Source of the DNA: Syntrophus sp. PtaB.Bin001
Lineage (GTDB): Bacteria; Desulfobacterota; Syntrophia; Syntrophales; Syntrophaceae
Assembly (NCBI GenBank): GCA_002067815.1
Contig: MVQR01000001.1
Location: 1-41,291 of the forward strand
DNA length: 41,291 bases
Direction of reading: 5' to 3'
In this document: positions 35,059-41,291 of the stretch, one piece after another
Position numbering within the stretch: the stretch's first letter is position 1
Layout: every line of letters begins with the position of its first letter
The notes under the pieces: model-generated
Told to the model about the DNA's origin: nothing
Databases searched by the model: none
The model's input: only the letters and a program-made list of their open reading frames with translations
Made by a program: the position numbers and the translations under genes

Positions 35059-37404
35059 ATGCTGCTAACTGTAGATATCACACCAAGTCCTAGAATTCTG
35101 CGTACATTGGGAGAGATTCCCTTTCAACCATGGCAGTGTATAGCTGAGCTTATCGATAACTCTATAGACGCCTTCGCGGAGGCGTCTCGATCTGGCACTT
35201 CCCTCAAAGAAAAGAAAATTAAAGTAACTTGGTCGAGCGATGCGGTTGGCGCTTCTGCGCGAATCATTGAAATTGTCGACACGGCATGTGGAATGGACCT
35301 TGCCCAACTTCAGAATGCCGCTAGAGCTGGATATTCAAGTAATGATCCTATTCGCAATCTCGGTCTTTTCGGTATGGGATTCAACATTTCTACCGCTAGA
35401 CTTGGGGAGAATACTCGTCTCTTATCAGCCACGGAAGAAAGTTCGGAATGGACAGGGATTGAGATTGATTTTGCCGAGCTTATCAACTCGAAAAGTTATG
35501 CAGCTCGTGTGATTAAAGAACCAAAGAAGAACCCAGCAGAACATGGGACAAAGGTTGTGGTGTCAAGGCTTAGAGGCGAAACCTACATTCACCTACGCGA
35601 CCAAGAAGCTGCGGTTCGCCGACAGCTAGAAAACATTTATTCAACTCTTCTCAGGGAAATAGATGTCGAAATATTTGTCCAGGCCAAAATACTTTCTCCG
35701 AAGACACACTGTGTGTGGAGCCGTTCCCGTTACGTCTCCCGTGATGGGAGACAAATCCCTGCTGTAATCGACATCGATCGAGATCTCGGCATTTCGCTGT
35801 TTGATGTTGAGAAAAATATGTACCTCTCCAGGTATGAACAGGAAAGAATGCGGGAGGAATTCCCTGATGGCAATTATCCCTTAAACATCATCGAACGGCA
35901 GAAGCGATTGAAGGGTTGGGTAGGAATTCAGCGATATGCCGATCCGAACGACTTTGGAATCGACTTTATTCGCAATGGACGTAAAGTACTCATAAGCAAC
36001 AAAGACCTTTTCTCATGGGAGAACCCAATGACCGGCACGTCGAAGCTCGAGTATCCGGTCGAACTTGGAACAACGGTCGGTGGCCGCATTGTCGGCGAAG
36101 TTCATGTAGACTACCTACTGCCTACATACCAGAAGAACGACTTCGACCGCACAGACCCATCATGGTTGGAAACCGTGGAAGCGCTACGCGGTGTTGGACC
36201 AATGCTTCCCTTGGATAGGAAAGCGATGGGATATCAGACCTTAAACACTTCCCCAATAGGCTTACTCGCTAATACTTATAGACGTGTAGATCCAGGCACG
36301 AAATGTATTTTTGTAGAAAAATCAGTGGCAAGAGCCCTGCTTCAAGGGTTTCGGCGTAATGATCCGGACTATCAGAACGACGACAAATGGTGGCAAGCAG
36401 CACAAGAAGCCGACCGCTTGAATGCCACCAAGGGCGCAAAGAATGCACCGGTCGTCGACTCTGGTCCGACTCCCTCGGATAATCCCGACGATTACGGCCC
36501 GGAATCTGATTCTACGCCAACGGAGCCCCTGATCATACCTGTGGTCCCTGCTTCGACTCCAGTGACCTCTAATCTCGGCTCACTTATGATTAAATCCAGA
36601 CAAATCACCTTGTGGTCCGGTGCCTACGCCCATTCAGACACAACTCCACCATTTCAGGTTAAGGTTTGGGAACTAATGTCCGACCAGATTTTGCGTAATG
36701 GCAAGAACGTTCCCTGTGCATTCTTCCAGGATGGTATCGAATGCGACTTTTTTTACAACCCTCGACATCCCTTCCTTGCTCAATTTCCCGTAGAACCTCG
36801 TCAATTACTGGTGCTTTACTTAGCCGAACGATTCAAGGTTCGCGACAGAGTTATGGACATCGGAGATGTTTTCACAGCGCTTGTCCAAAGCAAACTCCAG
36901 GATGTGCGCGTTGACAAGGCGTCTTTACAGGAAAAGTCCACGGCCATGTTCGAGCGGCTTCGAGAAAAACTTTTGGAAAGTTTCGAAGGGAAAAAAAGTC
37001 AAGTTCTGGATTGTATTCATGAGTCTAGCGGCGAGGTTGAGGAAACAGTACTCTCGATGCTTTCAAATGGGCCCCTTGTTTTGAAATTCCAAAATAAGGA
37101 AGATGAAGGGTTTGCTGCCCTCCGTTATACGCCTTTCCGGACACTACTTCGATTGATCGACAGGTTTCCCGAGGATCTTTTCGACGGCAAGGTCTTCATA
37201 GCACCCTATTTTTCGCTAACGTTGGCGGACTCACAGGCGACAGAGCGGGCCAGAGTGGAATCCAAAGATCGCATAATGTCGTTTTTGAAGGATGCCCTTT
37301 GGGTCCTTGGCCAAACCGGAGTTGTCTCGGCGGCTAGGGGCAAGGATGAATTGGCGCGCTGCGCGCACAGTATAAACTTTCTTGCACAGGAAATAGTCGA
37401 TTGA
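35059..37404 (+). CDS. MORC-like GHKL ATPase with a long C-terminal region of unknown function
   Basis: GHKL motifs ELIDNSIDA, D.ACGM, GLFGMGF and HGTKV; S5-fold GI...RNGR; acidic/Pro-rich linker followed by ~270 aa unassigned. Confidence 0.85.
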   Translation: MLLTVDITPSPRILRTLGEIPFQPWQCIAELIDNSIDAFAEASRSGTSLKEKKIKVTWSSDAVGASARIIEIVDTACGMDLAQLQNAARAGYSSNDPIRNLGLFGMGFNISTARLGENTRLLSATEESSEWTGIEIDFAELINSKSYAARVIKEPKKNPAEHGTKVVVSRLRGETYIHLRDQEAAVRRQLENIYSTLLREIDVEIFVQAKILSPKTHCVWSRSRYVSRDGRQIPAVIDIDRDLGISLFDVEKNMYLSRYEQERMREEFPDGNYPLNIIERQKRLKGWVGIQRYADPNDFGIDFIRNGRKVLISNKDLFSWENPMTGTSKLEYPVELGTTVGGRIVGEVHVDYLLPTYQKNDFDRTDPSWLETVEALRGVGPMLPLDRKAMGYQTLNTSPIGLLANTYRRVDPGTKCIFVEKSVARALLQGFRRNDPDYQNDDKWWQAAQEADRLNATKGAKNAPVVDSGPTPSDNPDDYGPESDSTPTEPLIIPVVPASTPVTSNLGSLMIKSRQITLWSGAYAHSDTTPPFQVKVWELMSDQILRNGKNVPCAFFQDGIECDFFYNPRHPFLAQFPVEPRQLLVLYLAERFKVRDRVMDIGDVFTALVQSKLQDVRVDKASLQEKSTAMFERLREKLLESFEGKKSQVLDCIHESSGEVEETVLSMLSNGPLVLKFQNKEDEGFAALRYTPFRTLLRLIDRFPEDLFDGKVFIAPYFSLTLADSQATERARVESKDRIMSFLKDALWVLGQTGVVSAARGKDELARCAHSINFLAQEIVD

Positions 37405-39059
37405 GCTTTCTAACAGATGATATTATGAAAGGCACGGACTGGCGTGCCTTGGAGCGATCCGTAGCTCGACTGATGTCACAATGCGGATGGTTGGATGTAG
37501 CAATCATCGGTCGTTCCGGTGACATGGGGGCCGACATTGTTGGAACCCGCAAGAGTGCTGGGGCTATTCGGAGTTGGGTGGTTCAGGTTAAGGCCATAAT
37601 GGGAGGCGGCTACGTTGGGACGAAAGGACTTGAGGAAATAATCCAAGCCCAGTCCATTTATGGAGCTCAAATTGCCGCCCTTGCCACTAATGGCGACTTT
37701 TATCCAGCTGTTTACAAAAGAAAAAAGGTTCTCGAAAAAGCCGGTTTTGAAGTAAGACTATGGAACGGGACCTTCTTAAAGGGCCTCATTGAGAAATGGC
37801 CTGAGAAACACCACTTAAATAGGCCGCTTCGAGAATACCAGAAAGTAATCATTGACAAGGCCATCCATATTTTCGACGAGGGCGGTCGTAGAGCTCAGTA
37901 TGTTGTCGCTACTGGACTCGGCAAGACTGTCATAGCTGGAGAAATCGCAATCAGACTTTGGAACAAGGGGTGTTGCAAGATTTTAGTACTGTGCCATTCT
38001 CAAGACCTCGCATTGCAGCTTGAACAGGGATTCTGGCCCCGACTCGGCAAGTCAGTACCAACAAGATACTTTTTCGATGGGACGCCCCCATTGATATACG
38101 AGGGCGTCAATTTTGGCCTTTATCAGACTCTTATTGGGTATCTCAGCGGAATAGAGCCTGGCACCTTCGATGTCGTTATTGTGGACGAGGCGCATCACGC
38201 CCTTTCTCACGGTTTCCGCAAATGTGTAGAGCACTTAGCACCACGGTTCATCATAGGAATGACAGCCACACCATGGCGAGGGGACGGTAAGTCGATAGAT
38301 GATCTATTTGGTGAGCCAATTGCCAGGGTTTCGCTTGTGGACGGTATGGCAATGGGATTCCTCTCGCAGGTCGACTATCGTCTTTACTGTGATAATATCG
38401 ATTGGGACGCCATTCCGACTCTCTCACAAGAGCGACTTTCCATCCGTGATCTTAACAAGAGGTTGTTCCTTCCTCAAAGAGATGAAGCCGTTATGTCCAA
38501 GATCAATCTTGTCATAGGCGAAATAAAGAACCCTCGGATAGCAATATTTTCCCCTTCCATCGAACATGCGAAAAGGTTTGCCTCAATGTTGACAGCCAGA
38601 GGGATTCCTTGCGAGTCGTTGTCAATCAGTGACCGGGTCGAGAGAAGAAAGCGTTTGTTGGCATTTTCCGGCGGTAAGCTGATGGCTATTACAGCGGTCG
38701 ACGTCATGAATGAAGGTATCGACGTTCCGGACGTGAACCTGCTGGTTTTTCTCAGGGCCACCCATTCGCGACGCATTTTTGTGCAACAACTCGGAAGGGG
38801 ACTTCGTTTAGCTCCTGACAAGGACAAGGTTATCGTACTTGACTTTGTCTCAGATATTCGCCGAATGGCAGAAGTAGCCGAGCTTGATAAAGAGGCCCGT
38901 AATCGCGGGAAGCAATCGGAAAGCCTGTTCTTGCGGGATGGCGTAGTTAATTTCTCAGACCCTGCAGGTCAAAGATTTATTGAGGCTTGGCTCTCGGATG
39001 TTGCAGATCTAAGCAATGCGAGCGATACCGAAAAATTGAAATTTCCGGAGGGGCTGTGA
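37401..39059 (+). CDS. Mrr-like PD-(D/E)xK nuclease fused to an SF2 (ResIII-like) helicase
   Basis: GRSGDMGAD..VQVK..ATN; LREYQ, ATGLGKT, DEAHH, GMTATP, EGIDVP and QQLGRGLR; TTGA overlap with the ATPase gene. Confidence 0.9.
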   Translation: MSFLTDDIMKGTDWRALERSVARLMSQCGWLDVAIIGRSGDMGADIVGTRKSAGAIRSWVVQVKAIMGGGYVGTKGLEEIIQAQSIYGAQIAALATNGDFYPAVYKRKKVLEKAGFEVRLWNGTFLKGLIEKWPEKHHLNRPLREYQKVIIDKAIHIFDEGGRRAQYVVATGLGKTVIAGEIAIRLWNKGCCKILVLCHSQDLALQLEQGFWPRLGKSVPTRYFFDGTPPLIYEGVNFGLYQTLIGYLSGIEPGTFDVVIVDEAHHALSHGFRKCVEHLAPRFIIGMTATPWRGDGKSIDDLFGEPIARVSLVDGMAMGFLSQVDYRLYCDNIDWDAIPTLSQERLSIRDLNKRLFLPQRDEAVMSKINLVIGEIKNPRIAIFSPSIEHAKRFASMLTARGIPCESLSISDRVERRKRLLAFSGGKLMAITAVDVMNEGIDVPDVNLLVFLRATHSRRIFVQQLGRGLRLAPDKDKVIVLDFVSDIRRMAEVAELDKEARNRGKQSESLFLRDGVVNFSDPAGQRFIEAWLSDVADLSNASDTEKLKFPEGL

Positions 39060-39637
39060 TGGCTATGGTTCTACCGAGGGAAGTTCAACTTAAAGTAAGA
39101 GAAGCTGTATACCGGAAAGCTGATGAATTTGGCTACATGCACAAGGGCCGTATCGAAAATGGCATATTCATGGAGAACCTAGTCAAGGACCGTGAGGTTG
39201 GGGGAATGCTAGCCCAGTACATCTTAAAGAATGCGATCAAGACATATATCAAGGATGGCATACTTAACCGGTATATGAAGGACAAAAAGAAAACAATTCT
39301 TTCTTCCAAGTCACATGATCTTCTCCTTATCATCCAGAAAATCTATCAGCAGGAGGCCTATCCAATTGAACAAAAAAACCAAGTCTTTCTCTTCCGTCTG
39401 GAGAACAACGATATTCTGCTGATTTCCCAGGGAACACTCTTGAAATGGGAAACAGCGCTTCGGAAGGCCCTCGAATTTGTCGAGAAGTCACCAGGGTTAC
39501 CACCGGAAGAGGGAGTCCTTCACATAGTTCTCAACATAGCTTGCCTTGGACAGCCGTCTACAGAAGCCGACCGCGATCACTTAAAGAAAACTCTCGCCTA
39601 CGTGGGCGTCGATATACATTTCGCTGACCTATTGTGA
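39059..39637 (+). CDS. Hypothetical protein, fifth gene of the operon
   Basis: TGATG coupling to the helicase gene and a GGAGG SD; 192 aa; no family recognised. Confidence 0.75.
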   Translation: MAMVLPREVQLKVREAVYRKADEFGYMHKGRIENGIFMENLVKDREVGGMLAQYILKNAIKTYIKDGILNRYMKDKKKTILSSKSHDLLLIIQKIYQQEAYPIEQKNQVFLFRLENNDILLISQGTLLKWETALRKALEFVEKSPGLPPEEGVLHIVLNIACLGQPSTEADRDHLKKTLAYVGVDIHFADLL

Positions 39638-39855
39638 ATTGAAAATTCGCGATCTTTGATTAAGTAACCACATGCTTAATCTTCATGGGTCAAGCTGAAA
39701 CTGGTCTGGCAAGGGCTTGTTGCGTCTGATTCGCTTTATTAAGAAGAGTCTCAAACAGTGTTGTGAGAACTCCGATTACATTTGATCAGAGAAACCAGAT
39801 GAAGATAAATTGTAATGGTTAAATAATTTAGATGCCAAACACACAAGGAGACAGC

Positions 39856-40854
39856 ATGGATAACATTGGTATAATTGATGTTCTGACCGAGTCTGATGCA
39901 TGGCGTTTATTAGAGAATGCTCTCTCAGAGAAGATACCGATCAATACTGATGTGTTTCGAGTTAAAATTGGTTCATGGCCTATTCTTCATTTGAAATTAG
40001 AAGGTGAAAAGTTCCAGTCATCTATTAATACGAAAATGATGACCGCTTTCTTAGAGTTACAAAATAACATCTACCGTACCTATGCAAAAATGCAATATGA
40101 CATGGCTAATGGGAGGCTGTTGGCCAATAAAGAGAAGGAAGCTTTAGTATTAATGGTTGAAGTGCATGCCGGTAGTTCAGAACTCAAAGCCAAATTTGAA
40201 GAACTTGGGACGAAACTTCTCGAAGGAGCTATAAATAAAATGGAAGGTAAACATTATGTCATATTGGGTATCAGTGCGTTACTCGCATGGTCAAGCCCGT
40301 CAATTATCAATGGATATATCACAAGACAAACCGAACTTAAACAAATTGAGTCACAGATTGCACTTTCTAAAGAAGAGACTCGGCGACTTGAGCTTATGAA
40401 AGAAGCTTCACATCAGGTTTCTTATGTCGGCACCAATGTTATCATGACTGAAGAAGTTATAAATAAGATTTTTAAGAGCGCATTAACTGCAAAGTCAATA
40501 ACCATAGGAGGTCACACTTATAATCAAGAGCAAGTTGGTAAATTAGTGCGAGCAGAAAGATCACCTTCTGATGAAGTGAGGATTGATGGTGAATATCGGA
40601 TACTTAAAGTCGATAGTTCAAAAACTGATTTTTTCAAGGTGGAACTTCAAAACCCTAAAAACTTGAAAAGATTTTGGGCTGTTTTACAGGATGCAACGGT
40701 CACTAAAGAAAAAAACAAAGAACTTCTGCAGGAAGCAGAGTGGAATAAGAAGCCAATAAATTTGGCTGTTAATGCCAGAGAAGTTAAAGGTGAAATATCT
40801 ACAGCAGTTATTATTGATGTTAAAGATCGTTACCTGAACAAAGAACCTGAATAG
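39856..40854 (+). CDS. AT-rich hypothetical protein with one central hydrophobic segment
   Basis: AAGGAG SD before ATG 39856; segment HYVILGISALLAWSS; stand-alone gene near the phage end. Confidence 0.75.
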   Translation: MDNIGIIDVLTESDAWRLLENALSEKIPINTDVFRVKIGSWPILHLKLEGEKFQSSINTKMMTAFLELQNNIYRTYAKMQYDMANGRLLANKEKEALVLMVEVHAGSSELKAKFEELGTKLLEGAINKMEGKHYVILGISALLAWSSPSIINGYITRQTELKQIESQIALSKEETRRLELMKEASHQVSYVGTNVIMTEEVINKIFKSALTAKSITIGGHTYNQEQVGKLVRAERSPSDEVRIDGEYRILKVDSSKTDFFKVELQNPKNLKRFWAVLQDATVTKEKNKELLQEAEWNKKPINLAVNAREVKGEISTAVIIDVKDRYLNKEPE

Positions 40855-41168
40855 TATATGAATCATTTAAAGTTACGAAATGAAAAAAGAAATTAACCAG
40901 AAAAAATAAGGCATGTAATGTTAAGTCATATGCTTCAGGGATATTGTATAGCAGGGGGGACTTATAAATTATCGAGTATACTATGGAATATTTTTTGTTA
41001 AAAATGGACTGATCAAGCAGAAAGATGGTAAGTACATAATCTCGGAACTAACCCCCGTGACGAAGAGTATTCAAATTAAGAACGGCAATTGTCATTATTG
41101 ATCATTCAAAACTCATTTGATTATCCCCCAAAATCACCCATCCGTAAACCATACGTAAACCATCGTGT

Positions 41169-41216
41169 AAGTCAGTTATCGCAATTATGGGTACTTAGTT
41201 ATCTCATCCCTATACA
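41169..41216 (-). repeat. Phage terminus (repressor/c-end equivalent)
   Basis: Reverse complement reads TGTATAGGG-ATGAGATAAC-N11-AATTGCGATAA-CTGACTT, matching 1943-1990. Confidence 0.9.
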
Positions 41217-41291
41217 AATTGCTATATTTAGAGGCAAGGATGTCGAAAACAGGTCGAGACCGTCCAATTACAGAGGTCCTCTCTTAATACA

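Larger units (their letters stand above)
1943..41216 (-). mobile_element. Complete Mu-like transposable phage/prophage (contractile tail)
   Basis: DDE transposase + AAA ATPase + Ner/Gam/GemA/Mor and a full set of Mu-like head and tail genes, bounded by matching TGT...ACA termini. Confidence 0.95.

Noticed and set aside
32675-39637. DISARM class II (PLD + C5 MTase + helicase)
   Set aside because: No DUF1998 helicase or DrmE-like gene; the PLD is exported and separated by its own intergenic region; a MORC ATPase is not a DISARM component.
41281-41291. Window ends in ...TAATACA, a possible alternative terminus
   Set aside because: It lacks the GATAA boxes; the terminus at 41216 aligns with the other end over 48 bp.
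1-41291. CRISPR array, rRNA, or integrase/att site
   Set aside because: No regularly spaced repeats, rRNA-like sequence or site-specific recombinase seen; mobility is explained by the DDE transposase.

Overview
The window holds a complete Mu-like transposable phage with a contractile tail (1943-41216, 39,274 bp). It is bounded by TGT...ACA ends that align ungapped as inverted repeats (32/48 identical). The flanks are 1,942 bp of host DNA encoding an NtrC-type sigma54 regulator (probably Desulfobacterota; inference) at the tail/methylase end and only 75 bp at the repressor end, with no target-site duplication. This is the layout expected of packaged or replicating Mu-type DNA. Early genes (ner, transposase A, ATPase B, gam, gemA, mor) and late head/tail genes run on the minus strand, ending in a D12-class adenine methylase where Mu carries mom. 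Between the repressor and its genome end is ~8.6 kb of plus-strand cargo: a secreted PLD nuclease, a tightly coupled vsr - C5-methylase - MORC/GHKL ATPase - Mrr-nuclease/SF2-helicase - unknown operon behind a 26-bp perfect palindrome, and an AT-rich orphan. The strongest leads are (1) this MORC-type restriction-like operon, (2) a promoter-preceded, tight four-way-junction RNA upstream of the adenine methylase, (3) a c-di-GMP-binding-like YxGPERR/DRR peptide in the -1 frame at the end of the repressor, and (4) a lysis region with no recognisable endolysin. All calls come from reading motifs and synteny by eye; no searches were run.
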